Part shown: one piece after another, positions 1 through 47,200 of the stretch
Numbering within the stretch: the stretch's first letter is position 1
Layout of the letters: each line of letters opens with the position of its first letter
DNA from: Mobula birostris
Lineage: Eukaryota
Length of the DNA: 64,000 nucleotides
NCBI RefSeq assembly: GCF_030028105.1
Contig: NC_092380.1
Coordinates: 4,025,212-4,089,211 of the forward strand
Direction of reading: 5' to 3'
The notes under the pieces: model-generated
What the model was told of the DNA's origin: nothing
Database searches by the model: none
Seen by the model: only the letters and a program-made list of their open reading frames with translations
Made by a program: the position numbers and the translations under genes

Positions 1-141
1 TCGGGATTTGGAATAGGAAATGCAGTACAAGATTGCGTCCGTAAATATATCTCCTCAGAATATCCCTGTAAGCACTCAAGGAATGCTCTTCTTCAGTTCC
101 CTGATGCCTTGAAGCTGACAAAGTTCTCTCGCTTCGACTAG
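1..141 (+). other. Possible 3' end of an upstream coding exon (unidentified)
   Basis: Frame 1 is open from the window edge for 46 codons (SGFGIGNAVQDCVRKYISSEYPCKHSRNALLQFPDALKLTKFSRFD*) and is followed by non-repetitive AT-rich UTR-like sequence. No protein recognised. Confidence 0.2.
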
Positions 142-745
142 AGGTAGACTGAAAGGTAACTATAATGGACCTCCAGGGCAAGATCGAATGTGGAACGGGT
201 AATCAGTCAGACACTAGGCAGGGGCTAGTGCAGGGGGTGGGGGTAGAATTGAAACCTACTATGAAGTTTATGCCAATCGAACAGCCTGTGAACACCTAGT
301 GTGCAGGGCTCAGGAAAAGGCAGAATTTTAGACTGTGGGTTCATGGTGCCATATTGAATTCACGCACTTTGGAAAACAAAGTGATTTTAAAACGTCCAAG
401 ATGTGGACAATCTTCTACAGACTCCTTGATTGTTGACCACCACCATAAAATTAGATAAATAGATTGCTTTATTTTATAAATGATAAACAATATGTTTCTC
501 ACATGTTAACTGAAGGGCTATGAGCTCTGCAGTGATGTTCTGTAACTTGTCTCTGGTAAGCAGATCTAAGTATGTGAGATTATTTAAATGTCTTTTTTGT
601 AAATTGTAAAACTAATTTATAATTTTATTAAGTATTGGACATTAAGCTGTGATTGCTCTGGGATTCTCTCGGACCTGCATGCTCAACTCTTGTGGGGCAT
701 ATGTATTTTAGAATGTTTACGGGAGAGAGTTCTTCGAAATGTCAT

Positions 746-960
746 ACTGTATTTTGTTGTTTCCCCTCCGCGTCTTATGGCGCACTGGGTGACAACCTTG
801 TCCATCCTGTAGCATCTGTTTGTGTTTTTTTTGAGGCCAAATTGCTAGCTCAACACTCAACGTGACACGGATGGGAAGCGTGCAAGGAGCTGGCCGGATT
901 TGAACCCGAGACCATTCGGCCCAAAGTCCAATTCTGATGCCACAATACCACCGGCCAGCT
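746..960 (-). mobile_element. tRNA-headed SINE
   Basis: Minus strand has A-box-like TGGTGGTATTGTGG and B-box-like GGTTCAAATC. Flanked by the direct repeat ATGTCATA (738-745 / 961-968). Related copies at 10923-11175, 17893-18058 and 36025-36160. Confidence 0.7.
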
Positions 961-2559
961 ATGTCATATTTTGCAAAGAACTTTAATAAGTTTTGCATCA
1001 GCTAGCTACGGTAAAGTCTGTCTGGTCATTTATTTTTTTTAAATTTAAGCATTCTTGGTTGTGCGTCTGATGGCTCAGTAGCCGAAAGCTGCATAGTGGA
1101 CCCCGATCTGGGAGGGATGTGGGGGTTTTGCACTCTTATCGATTGTGGCTGGATTAAGACCAAGATATGAGACTAACTCCGATGTTAGTGCAATTGACAA
1201 AAGTTGGTGGGAGGGTGGGTGAACAGAGGAAAAGATGCTTTGACCCCTCTGATCCTCGGACTAATGTCAGTCGGGGTTTGCTGGACGGTGCAGTTAGAGG
1301 GACCTTTTCCGTCCGGTATCCATGAACAAGTAATGTGAGAGGCGAATGAGCTGTCAGGTGTCTCATTCCCTGCCGATACGTTGTCCATTTTAATTCAAGA
1401 TTGTTTAATGGCATTTCCAGTACACGGTTGTAAAAGATAATGAAATAATTGTTACTCTGGATCTGATGCGGCCCAAAAAAAAACCGGAATAAATATCAAT
1501 ACATTATATGTGTGTCCATAAAGTGACGCTAGGCTTCTTTTGGTAAATGATGTAAGGGAATGTGGGTCTAGGGGAGCTGCTGAACTATCATGATGTAATT
1601 AGGTGACAAAATGGACTCCAGGGCCAAGGTATCTCCTCCACAAAATGGCTGGTGCGCCAAAAGTCAGCCCTTGTTCATGGAACTTATTAGCCCTCTGGGG
1701 ATTGAAAAAAATGAAACAAATGCCCACGAGAAAATGAATCTCAGGGTTATATATGGTGATGTATATGTACTTTGATGATAAAATTTACTTTGAACTATGA
1801 AAACACAGAGACACAAAGAGGCAGCAGGGATGATAAAACTGCTGGAAGAACACTACAGAGATTCATGGAAGGGAAGCAATGGTTGATGCTTTGAATCAAG
1901 ACCCTGCATCAGGACTGAGTGTGTGGCGGGAGGTAGCCAGTATAAAATGGAGCGAGGGAAGGGTAAGATGGGTTGGTGGAACCAGATGAGGGGGCATGAA
2001 GGGCAGGTCATCCTAACCCTCTTTCTCTCCTCACCCTTCCAAATTTTTGCAGAAACCCTCTCTCCATTGGTTCCTTACTGCTGTCTTGGTGGGGGAGGTA
2101 GTGCAGATAAAGTCCCACTACGTATTAAATGCTCCCAATGGCGTGTGCCTCAAATGGCCTCTGACAACCAAGTCCCACTCCTGGCCTTCACGTGTGGCTT
2201 GGCTACCAAGCCTGGTGAAACCATTTCCGCTGACAGGAGAAGAGGCCAAGGCTGGTTACTGGCTTCTTAAAACCAGTCGCTTCTGGCAGATGGGGCTCAT
2301 CAGCTGAGGATGGCAGCTCTTCGAGGAGAAGGAAAACTCTGATCTCAAACCTCTGCTGCCCTGCAGCCTTACCAGGCTTCGGGAGTAAACCAGGGGGAAG
2401 GTGTGTGGTGAGGGAAAGGCTGCTGCATATCATACTGCCCTGCCGATGCAACCGATGGAGGGCCTCAGAGGACGCTCTCCAGGACTCCCCGGTTTACACA
2501 CTCTGCTCTGTCGCCTGCCTCCTGAGGAGGTGCTACACTTCTTCCTCACACCCTACTCT

Positions 2560-3520
2560 CTCACCAGCATCCAGGGACCCAACCAGCCCCAACAGGACAG
2601 GCAAAGGTTCACGTGCACCTCCTCCCATCTGGTTTAGCCTTTTGTCGCTTTTGATGTGGGTTCCTCCGCGTCGGCTACCCTGAACTCCTGGATTCATGAC
2701 ATTTCCACTCCCCTGCCCACTCCTACACCAACACGTCAGTCCTTGGCCTTCTGCCTGCCACAGTGAGTCCAAATACAATCTAGACCTCTTTTTTTTTTAA
2801 TGCCATGGACCAATACCACTAAGCAAGCAGTCTATGGACCCCAGGTTGGGATGTCCTGACCTGGATGGCCAACACCTTCTACTCTGCCTAGGTAGTCTAC
2901 AACCCAAGGGTATGAACACGAGAGGTTCTGCAGATGCTGGAAATCCAAAGCAACACACACAAAATGCTGGAGGAATTCAGCGGGTCAGGCAACGTCCATG
3001 GAGATGAATGAAGAGTCGACGTTTTGGGCCAAGACCCTTCATCGGGACTGGAAAGGAAGAGGGGTAGACGCCAGAGTAAAAAGGTGGGGGGAGGGGAAGG
3101 AGGCTGGCTGGAAGGTGATAGGTGAAGCCAGGTGGGTGGAAAAGGTCAAGGGCTGGACAAGAAGGGATCTGATTTGAGAGGAGAGTGGACCATGAGAGAA
3201 ATGGAAGGGGGGGGGGCAGATATGAAGAGAGAAGGGGTGGGGTAAAAAAATGTCTGGAACTTAGAGAAATCAGTGTTCAACCTATCATGAAGCTTCTCAC
3301 TTCATTCCCTCCCTCACCCACCTGGTTTCACGTCTCATCCTCTAGTTGTCCTGCATCCTCTTCCCTCCACCATCTTATTCTGGCATCTTCCCCCTTCCTT
3401 TTCAGTTCTGATGAAGGGTCTCAGCCCAAATTGGCATCTGTTTATCCCTCTACATAGAAGCTGCCTGACCTGCTGAGCTCCTCTGGCATTTTGTGTGTGT
3501 TGCTTTGGATTTCCATCATA
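2560..3520. mobile_element. Nested Penelope-like element (PLE) fragments
   Basis: GIY-YIG-region remnants (RQRFTCTSSHLV; ...LGSLQPKGMN) on +, interrupted at about 2915-3280 by an opposite-strand PLE terminus. Degenerate hammerhead motifs at about 3014-3050 (-) and 3403-3432 (+). Confidence 0.65.
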
Positions 3521-3971
3521 CCACTCTGGTATGAATACTGATTTTTTTTTTCAATTCAAGATATTTTTTCTCTCCTCATCCAGATTCTGTCACTTCCTTC
3601 CCTCCCCCCCCCCCTTTTACAATACTGAACCGTTTTGAATCAATTGGAAGAAGGAGGCATGTACTTGGGGCCAATTGATCACGCGGTGAATCAATTGGGC
3701 CTCCTACACGCAGACGGCTCTCTGTTTACCCCGCGGGCTTTTGAGTGCGCACATTTTTGCCTCAGTGAGCTCGGTTTGTCGGTCTCACACTGTAAGATGC
3801 CCAGTGTGTACCATCAGTGACATGACCCTGGGGTGGGGGCCAAGCTTCTAATCATACTCTAATCGTTTGTCATTCTTGCTCTGTGTGCATACATGACACA
3901 CCCCTCCCTCTGCCGTTATTAACCCAGTTTCACACCCCCTTCCCACCTGTCTCTGTCCGCCCGTCGTTGCA

Positions 3972-4250
3972 CCACGGCAACGCGGCGGTTAGCGCGACAC
4001 TATTACGGCTTGGGGCACCGGAGTTCAGAGTTCAATTCCGGCGTCTTCCGTAAGGAGTCTCTGCATGTCCTCCCCGTGATCGTGTGAGCTTCCTCCTGGT
4101 GCTCCAGTTTCCCGCCACAGTCCAAAGACGTACCAGGTGGGCTAACTGGTCATTGTGAATTGTCCTGTGATTAGGTTATGACTAAAAATCTAGGTTGCCG
4201 TGGCAACATGGCTGAAAGGGCCTATCCCGTGCCGTATCGCTAAATAAAAT
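3972..4250 (+). mobile_element. HE1/V-SINE-like SINE
   Basis: tRNA-like head (GCGGTTAGCG ... GAGTTCAATTCC), V-domain-like GGTGCTCCAGTTTCCCGCCACAGTCCAAAGACGT, and a TAAA tail. Confidence 0.7.
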
Positions 4251-4332
4251 AATATTCCTATCCTTAACTGATTCCACCAATCACCTGCAAGCTCCTGTCT
4301 TGCCCCTCCCCCTCACCTCTTCCCTCAAAAAC

Positions 4333-4420
4333 CAGGAGTTTCCAACCTGGGGTTCACAGCCCGCTCAGTTTCTCAGTAAACTAAGAATCCATGGCATAAA
4401 AAAAGGTTGGAAACCCTCAG
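4333..4420. mobile_element. hAT/Charlie-type MITE (about 85 bp)
   Basis: Termini resemble CAGGGGTTCCCAAC...GTTGGGAACCCCTG. Same family at about 2785-2858, 14511-14590, 20396-20475 and 31443-31511. Confidence 0.6.
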
Positions 4421-4919
4421 TCCTAATTCAGGGTCAACCAACAAAACATCAACCATCTCCTACCTCCAGGGATGCTGCCTGACCTGCTGAGTTCCTCCAG
4501 CTATTTATTTTGTCCCCTTCAAACAGCAATGGAAATCTGGGCAAGGTCTGATGCAGTCTTACACTGTAAGCTTTTTATAATCGTGTCTGTCTATGCAAAC
4601 CAGGAAGCATTGAAACATTTTTCTAAAAAGATTTTGCTGGGGGGGGAAGGGGGTTTTTATATTTATTGTTTGAAGCTTTAATAATTAATGTTTGTAAAAA
4701 AAATTTCCATAATTAAACTTGTCTTAATATAAATGAGTGATTTTGTTTTAACTGGAAAAAATATTAACTTTGTGGTTAGCGTAATGCTCTGGCGATCGCT
4801 GATCGGGGTTCGTTTCTAAATGCCATCTATAAATTTACTGACCACACAACTATCGTTGGCAGAATATTAACAGTGACAGTACAGGAGGAGCGTTGTAAAA
4901 TTATTGGGTACCCGCCTCC

Positions 4920-5590
4920 GTCGTATCCAAGACATCTTCAAGGAGCGGTGCCTCAGAAAAGTGGCTTCCATCACCCAGGACATGCCCTCTTCTCACTGTT
5001 ACCGTCAGGAAGGAGGTACAGAAGCCTGAAGGCACACACTCAGCAATTCAGGAACAGCTTCTTTCCCTCTGCCATCTGATCTCTAAATGAACATTGCACT
5101 GAACACAAGCTCATTTTCTCTTTTAAAATAGTGCAAAATCTTTTTAATATGCTTACTGCAATTGATTTACTTATTTTTCTTTATATACCTTGTATTGCAT
5201 TGTGCTGCAATAACATATCATACAAAAATGTTTTATATATTATAAAACAAATCTCACAACAATTGCCAGTGATATTAAACCTGATTCTTCTTGCTGTTGC
5301 CATCAGGACAAAGGTACCATCACAACCAGGTTCAGGGACAGTTATCATCCCTCAACCATCAGGCTCCTGAACCAGAAGGGATACCTTCACTTGCCCCATC
5401 ACTGACCTGTTCCCACAACCTATGGACTCACTTTCACTTCCTCTCATTTTTCTATCTTTATTGCTTATTTATTTGCAGTTGTTGTTTTGATCTTTTTGTG
5501 GCTTTGTTTCTTTGTATTTACCATGCATGCCTTCAAGAAAAGGAATCTCAGGGTGGGATATGGTGACATTACAGTATAAATACTTCGATA
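4920..5590 (+). mobile_element. Rex1/Babar-type LINE 3' fragments
   Basis: C-terminal ORF remnant HPGHALFSLLPSGRRYRSLKAHTQQFRNSFFPSAI and typical 3' UTR/tail; this sequence recurs many times in the window. Confidence 0.7.
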
Positions 5591-6084
5591 ATAAATTCAC
5601 TTTAAACTAAGAATCCCTTTGATATTTGAACTGCTCAAGTTCCTCCCCTACGATCCGGTTTTCCCCCTATACTCTAGCTGAAATTAACATTGATAAAGAA
5701 ATCCAGATACACTTTGTAAAGTATGCTATGATCTTTTGTATGAACCAAGACCTGGTGAGATCTCAGATTCGTCTGGCAAAGCAACCTCTGGTGTAGATCA
5801 ATGCAGTAGTGACTTAAAGCAATGACCAGAATAGGAATCAGACCCTGCAACGCAACGTATTGATGGAGCTCTGATAGTGATCTTTACAGTTATCAGACAG
5901 TCATGCATACTTAAACAATAGCCAGTCAATCAAGGACAATGTTTAATTCAATAAAGTAAATCAAATTGAATGAAGATTAACCAATGCTTGCCAATTGCTG
6001 TTTATAATGAGTGCAGTATGTGATTTTATCCCAACATGAACACGGGACATTAGCAAGGACGTTCGGTATTTCCCCAGCCTCTCG

Positions 6085-6495
6085 GTTCCACGTGCTAAAA
6101 TGCTCGGCATCCCATGAAGAGACCCACGTGCGTCTGTTCAATGTTTCCTGCTGGACCCTCTTAGCCAATTGCCTTCCGCTCAGGACCAGCTCCCCGCCTC
6201 ATTTTTCTTGATGGACAGAGAAACTGCCCAATCACTCTCCCTACCTAGAGGACCGTCCCTCGCCGTTTGATCAAGCAAAGGACGGAGCACTTTCGCTGGA
6301 TTGACGTGCTGATGAACCAATCCTGGCTTAAAGTCTAGAGCCGATCGCGTGACGCCACCTAGAGTGACTTACTCACTGGCCAGTGATTCCCGAGCAAACA
6401 TGATGGAAAGCCAATAGAAAAATGAGAGAGGTGGGGCCACGCTTTTCATTTCCTTATAAAAGGCCGGACGAACATGACGGCATTTCTTTCTCAAG
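6085..6495 (+). promoter_or_regulatory. PRMT1-like gene promoter (CpG-rich; CCAAT x4, E-boxes, GC box, TATA)
   Basis: CCAAT at 6165, 6228, 6317 and 6411; CACGTG near 6089 and 6125; CCCCGCC near 6192; TATAAAA at 6455-6461; Inr-like CATTTC at 6481; YY1/TISU-like CAAGATGGC over the ATG. CpG-rich sequence continues into intron 1. Confidence 0.75.
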
Positions 6496-31903
<25,408 letters not shown>

Positions 31904-34900
31904 ATCCACCTCTACCCGCCCACCCCTCCAGCCATACGCACCGTCCACATCGCACCATTTGCAGGCTCAATTGCAACTACTGTAGTATCCGATATGTAGA
32001 TAATTTTGTTTTTCAAAGGAAACTGCTATTTGGTTGTGTGACTGACTGTCCTCCAAATTGGTTGACCTTCATCGGCATGGCAACTGATGGGAAGTGATGG
32101 GAGAAAGAGGACGTCTAGAATTATAGTTGCCATTTGAGTTACTCTGAAACCATTCTTAGGCTGCTTTATCGTTTTTGATTGCTTTTCAGACAGAAACATT
32201 TTAATGCAAATGTATGATACTAATCTATCTGTGGGGGAGGAGTGGTTAAGATCTAGGTTATGCCATGAAAAGAGCTGTGATTTGTTTTAAAAGAATGGTA
32301 CTTCAGTTTTCTGTGAATTCTTTAATTTGGCAAGTCATTCATTCATCGACAAAGCGATTCTGGCACATCTTTACAAGTGGATCTTAGTTCTGCGTAGGTA
32401 TCTTTGGGACCTTGTTAACTGTTTGGAGAACTGTTGTATAGTGGAGAGCATCTCAACATGCAGTATTTATGAAGAAGGCTGTTACTGCAGAAACCATCTT
32501 GCAGAGAAGGCAGGGTAAAACTGAGATCTCAAACCTTAGCTGAGCAAATGCATTTGAAGTAAGGAATTTGGTGGTTATTAGTCATTTTCTGAGCTGGTTT
32601 CCAGTGTGGAGAACCCAGAGGCCTACCTGCCAATTCTGTTTTGCCTTCCCCCACCCCCCTCTAGTTTGTGTTATTGATAACATCTCGGGTTAAAATATGA
32701 CTTGCTACAAGACATTGGATTGTTAATGGGGTCATAATGCCCTGAGATTACATATGAGAAGCTGCTGATACCTTGTTCGCTCTGATAAGTTGTCTGTCCT
32801 CTTTAAAAAGTTGTTCAGCATAACTACATCTTCAAGAAATTGAATAATTTCCCCCCAGTGACTTATCCAATCATTAAATCATCAATATTTTGAAATTAGC
32901 CCACCTTTTTTTTTTAAAACATGTTTAGCATTACCTTCCTCAAGGAATTGCCTTGTGACTTTAGTAGTAATTCAGTGACTTGAGTCTAATACATACCATA
33001 TCATTACTCATTTATTCCCTGCATGAGGCTCTTGTTTGTGGAGCCTCCAGGTCTCAATTTCTTGGGCAAAGATTTGTGGCAATGTGCTTTGCCCCTGATA
33101 CTGCAAGGGTCATTACTGTGAAGCATGGCACAGCCAAGTCAGAGATTCCATAATCGTAATTCCCTTAGCAAATTAAAATATTTGGTCGATTGGAGTTTGT
33201 TGCATAGCTGATTAGTTATCTGTTGTGAAACGTGGGGTGGGGTGAGAAAATTTTGAAGCTCCTTTAAACAAGGAGGCTCTGTTCAAACATTTCCTGGGAG
33301 TGGGTCTGTGATGCCTCATAAAATTTCCACCTTTCAGAAGAGTTGTTTTAAAAAAACATGGAAATGGTTATGCATCCCTTTTTTTTCTCCTAACAGCCCC
33401 CACCCTGAGAAAAATCACCTCATTATTTCCCCCCCGACAAGTGTACTCACATTTGGCAGCTAGTAATTGTAACAAGATAAGAAAACATTGCAAAGTGATC
33501 TGATTCTAGCACACACTAGGAGTCATAATCTGTGCTGTTTAATTCTTTCTTTATAACTGGAACAGTTATTTCAGCATAATCCTATTTCCTTAGTGAATCA
33601 TCTGGAGAAATGGGGTTTTAGTTACTTTTGGCACCCGAGACTAGTTTTGGGCTTAAAACACTAATTTCTTTTTGTCCTTTCTCCAATTGGCCTGGACTGT
33701 TTCAAGAGCCAGCCTTAAAAGTGGATGTCATTTATGATTGGTGACTCACCACCCAGCCCCCATTCACTGCATGCACACTAGTCGTGCTTTCTTAATCTTG
33801 CCAGCGGCTGCTTTGAGTGTGACCAGTGTTGACAAGCTCCCCTGCTTGTGGTGACTGCCCAGTTTTGCTCCCGGCGTTCACTGTCCAGCAAAGGCCACTC
33901 CAAGCTAGAGCCCTGGTTGACTTACCACTTTCTACTTATCACAACTTCAAGCGGCTTACGCTCATTTTAACTCCTCTACTCACCGTCTGCAATGTGCTGC
34001 TTATTTTGAGTTCCATAGAGATGGCACGGCTCTGGACTGTGTCATTGTTGTGCAACTACCCAGTTAGACCAGTGCCAGTTCCAAAGTTATCCTGTCACTT
34101 TATATTTAGACAAGGCTATTCTAGGGCACAGCGTCACCGGCGCATACATGTTTGCAACCTATTGGTCTGGGGATGGGGGAGGCAATAAGGTGTTCAGTGG
34201 GGGTGGGGTAGGGTAGGTGATGGGGGGAGGGGGGTTTGCTGGTGTTAGTCAAAGCTAAGTGACAACATTTTTCAGTGCAAGCTGAACAGGTCTGCAAATG
34301 AAACTAGAAACCAGACTCTTTGCCTTGCTATACAGGTTTTCTTGATGTGTGGGTATAGTGCTAATGGATATGGACAATGGGAGATATCCAAAGGCTGCAA
34401 CAAAGCTTGGAATTGGCTGCCAGGACTGATGTTCAGATACTCTGCCAACCGAGGCATATTTCAGTGAGTTGATCTGCAGAGAAGCTGGCAGCATTTTACT
34501 TACTGGAGTGCAATTGTGCATGTCCAGTGTTAACTGAGCCAAGACTGGGGTTGTTTAGTGGGCTGCTGTGATGGCTTTATGAATTGCCTATGGTTCCTTT
34601 TGAAACCAGGATCAGACAGGACAGCAAAAGTGGGGGGTGGGGGGGTGTGGTGGTTTGTGTAGTATCAGATGTTTGTGTCAGTCCTCAGGATTGGGTTAGG
34701 ATTTCTTTCTTTGTTTAAACAGGGAGAAGGAACTTTTATTTCCCCTGCTCCCTGAGCTTTATGGGGCAGTTGCATTTCCAAAGCTTTGTTGCAGTCATGA
34801 CTTGTACCTAAAATCTTTTTAAGTATTAGTGCATTGGGACTGTCATGTTGGTCTTTTGAACCCCCAAAGTACCAACAGACCAAACTTTGTGGCTGTGTAG

Positions 34901-34970
34901 TAAATTATGTTTTTTTTATATATGGTGACATTCATTGAGAATAAAAAAAATTGACTTTAACCCTCTTATT
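31904..34970 (+). other. PRMT1: PRMT1 3' UTR (about 3 kb, TE-free)
   Basis: Unique sequence with no recognisable repeat until about 35200; the first canonical AATAAA seen is at 34940. Confidence 0.6.
34940..34945 (+). terminator. PRMT1 polyadenylation signal AATAAA
   Basis: AATAAA preceded by U-rich and UGUA elements and followed by a T-rich tract. Weaker ATTAAA at 32873 and 33172. Confidence 0.6.
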
Positions 34971-36769
34971 GAAAGTTTTTTTTGCTAGAGAACAAGTAAT
35001 ACAGATTCCCCCTAGATTATGAACACTTGTCTAAAAGACACCCAACAAGTATTTGGGAGATTAGTAGAATAGATTTTCCCAGTTGCTAAGTGTTTGGGGG
35101 GGGGGGGGGGGGAGAGCGGCACTTGCACAGAGCTACAGTAGTTGGCAGCTGAGGCTGGCTGCTGCTCTTCTGTTCCAGCTGATTCTCTCCCACACAGTTT
35201 CTGAAGTGCAGACAGTTAGACCGTGGACATAGGGCCAGGTTTGGGTTTTTTGGTCCATTAAGTTGGCTCTGCCATTTGATCATGGCTGAACTGTTTTATC
35301 AACCTCCACGTCAAATATATGCCATCACTTGGCCTGCACAGCTGTCTGTGGCAATGGATTCCACAGATTCACCACTATCTGGGACCCCCCCCCCCCCCAA
35401 ACATCCGAGGAAGACCCACGGACAGATAACATATTACTCGAATCGAATGATCACATACTTACAACTATATTTCACTGGCAAGCAAGTTGGAGAATTGACC
35501 AGTCAGAAAACACTGGCACAGCTGGTGGAATTGCTTTCTCACAGCTGCAGACACCTGGGTTTCAGTGCTGTCTATGTGGAGTTTGCCCCTTGTAACTTCT
35601 GGGTCTCTGGTGCCTTCAACCTCAATGAGTGTGTTCTATTTGCACTGAACTACATGAATAGCAACTTAAAAAGACATTTCTTGTCCACTTTGTGCCAGGC
35701 TGCTGGTGCTTCAACTTTAGGGCAAAGAATGGATTAACAACAGCTCTGTGTACATTGGTTCTGGCTGGTACACTGCAGCAATAGAATTGAAATTTCCTAC
35801 AAGACGTGGTATCTGTGCTGCAGTTCACAGCCTTTAGAGCTCATGAATTATGAAGTCCAGAACCATGAGTAGAATTGGGGTTCACGTTCCAATGTTGTAA
35901 TATCAACTGGCAAGGAACATCAACTCCTTCACTTTAGGAACAAAAGTCTGGAGTACTGGCTGGTCTAGATTGTCTTTTCTAATGGAGCTGGGCTTTTTCA
36001 AGATTGTTATTTAGCAGTTGCTCCTCTCTGTGCCTTGTGCATCAGGTGGCAACCTTGCCATTCCTTTAGCATTTTGTCTTTTTTGATAAGATGGGAGTTG
36101 CTGGCTTAGCACGGATGAAAAACGTGCAAGGAGCGAGCATGAGGTCCGGTGTGGAGCTGGTAAAGTTGTTTGGTATTGCACCGGTGTAAACCAAAATGAT
36201 TGTTAATCCAGACTTGATGCAATATTTTTTTTAAAAAAATAAGCAAAAAGCACAATTTTTAACTACTAGCTCTGCTACCCACTGATTAAAAATAATTTTG
36301 TCTTAAGAGTTCAGTAGTGCTATATCTGCAAAGCCTTGGTTGAAATCCTTGACTAGACACTCTGAATCACTGAGAATTTACAACTAGCACAATTATTGGG
36401 AGCCAGCAAAGCCTCTGCATCCTGTCATTTTTTTTTTATCATATAAATCTAGTCTGGTATCAGTATGTTGGATGAAGTGCAAATTTTAACTTTGTTTCAA
36501 ACTATTGATTAAGGCATGCAAATAGAGATCAAATTCATCCTAAGAAACTGCTGGTAAATTGGCACAGGTGTTTAACAAAGAATCAGAATTCAGCCATGAA
36601 TAAACTAGAGTACATAAGTTGCTCAGTGAAATCACTGCTGGAGTTTCAGAAAATCAAAGTTTAATCAGATCAAAATCAGTTTTCAGCATATATAAGATCT
36701 AGTATATATTAACTCAAAAGTTTATAAGAATGACTGGGTAGCTTATTGGAATTATCGAGTAAAAGCCTA

Positions 36770-37110
36770 ACTCCAGACTGGTTGTGGAGATTGTTTCCTA
36801 TACTGGGTGAGTCTAGGTCCAGAGGATGCTGTCTCAGAATACAGGGATGTCCTATTTTCTAACAACCGAGGAGGAATTTCTTTAGCCAGGGGTGGGTGAA
36901 TCAGGAATTCACTACCATAAGTGGCTGTGGAGGCAAAGTCATTGGGTATACTTAAAGCAGAGGTTGATAGGTTCTTGATTGATTAGGCTGACAAAGTTTA
37001 TGGGAGAAAGCAGGAGCATGGGACTGAGGGGGAAAATAAGTCATCCATGATGAAATGGCAGAGCAGACTCAAATTAAATAACCTAATTCTGCTCCTGTCT
37101 TATTGTCTTA
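36770..37110 (+). mobile_element. CR1 LINE 3' end
   Basis: Same 3' sequence as the other CR1 copies. Confidence 0.75.
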
Positions 37111-38537
37111 ATACAAATCAGCTATTGTGTACTACATGATGCTTGAAATCTGAAATAGTCACCCAATAAAGTTACCATTTCAGATCAATAGTGAAGCATC
37201 TTATCCAGGTGTGAAGCATCATCACTCCAGATGTTCCCTAATACAAATAGTTGAGCACCATTTTTTTTTCTTGGTGTCATTGAAGATGGCAGTGCATGCA
37301 GATGCAGCAGCCTCTCTGAATCCAAACTGAGGTGTAATTGTTTTGTTGGATAGTAGGAATATTAAGTACCCCACTTGCAAGTTGCTTGATAGCAGTGGAG
37401 CTGGACTGCTTGCATACTGTGCTGCCGGCTACAGTTACCCAGGGAGGAAGGCATCAGATGGTGTGGTCCAACAAACTAGAAATGAGTGTCTTGTGATTGC
37501 AAGGCCATGTTGGACATTGAATCTAGCAAACCCAGTTCACTGGCTCATTGGTGACACCGATGGCATGCCCTCAGTTGTTGTGCGGACCAGACCAGACCCA
37601 TGCTGTAGCATCACCTTTTACAGCCACCTGGGGCAAGAGACCGGAGACTGTGGAAGTGAGCAGAGGCATGGCAGGTACGCTGGAGTCCATGCTAGGTTGG
37701 GGGCTGGCCCCTTCTGTCAGTACTGCTCTTCAGCACAGAATAATTAATGCAAAACAAAACCAGTAATTGCAAAGGTTCACAAAGATTTTCTTGCACCTCT
37801 ATGTACAGCTTATACACCCTTGAGGTTCCTCCTCTTACAAGCAGCCAGACAATACTCAACCCTTCACAATGTGAACATTCTGGGCAAGCACCTGAATTCC
37901 CTTGCCATTGCTGCAGCATCAGTTCAAAGCTGCTTTAACTGCAAGTAGTCTACAGTTGAACAACTGAAAATGTGTAGAGAGCATTTTAACTGCATCTCAG
38001 CCCAGTATGGAGAGACCACTGCACAAGATCAGAAAAAGCTACAGAAAGTTGTAACTCAGCCCCTCAACGTCCAGGACACTTTCAAAATGCGATACCTCAA
38101 GAAAAATCATCATTAAGAACCCTCATCAGACAGGACATGCTCTCTTCTCATCGCTACCATCAAGGAGGTGCTACAAGAGCCTGAAGACGCAACGATTGGG
38201 AACAGCTTCTTCCCCACCGCCATCATATTTTTGAATGGACTGACTGACCAACCACATGAACGCTACCTCAGTATTTCTTCCCTCACCTTTTGTACTAAAA
38301 TTTTACATATTACAAATTATAGTTTTTATGGTATTGCATTGTACTGCTGTCACAAAACAACAAATTTCATTTCACATGCCAGTGATATTAAACCTGATTC
38401 TGATTCCAAACAACCACAGCTGCATTTGTCCAGTGTTTCAGGTGAGATTGACTCCATCCCTCCACTCAATGAAACAGGGGAGTAAAGAACAAAAGTCCAA
38501 TAAACTTATGGTCATTCAAATACTCAAATTAAATCAT

Positions 38538-38543
38538 TTTATT
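38538..38543 (-). terminator. POLR2L polyadenylation signal AATAAA
   Basis: TTTATT on +, about 146 nt downstream of the POLR2L stop codon. Confidence 0.75.
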
Positions 38544-38689
38544 CAGGATACACAAATGCAAAATGTCTTCTGAAACAATAAGATTAAATATAAGTCAGTC
38601 TTTAGATCACCACGCAGATTTGGGCTATCAACTCCAGTGAGGTTGGACTAATACTCTGCCATTATTGTGATCCACAATCCCATGGTATT

Positions 38690-47200
<8,511 letters not shown>

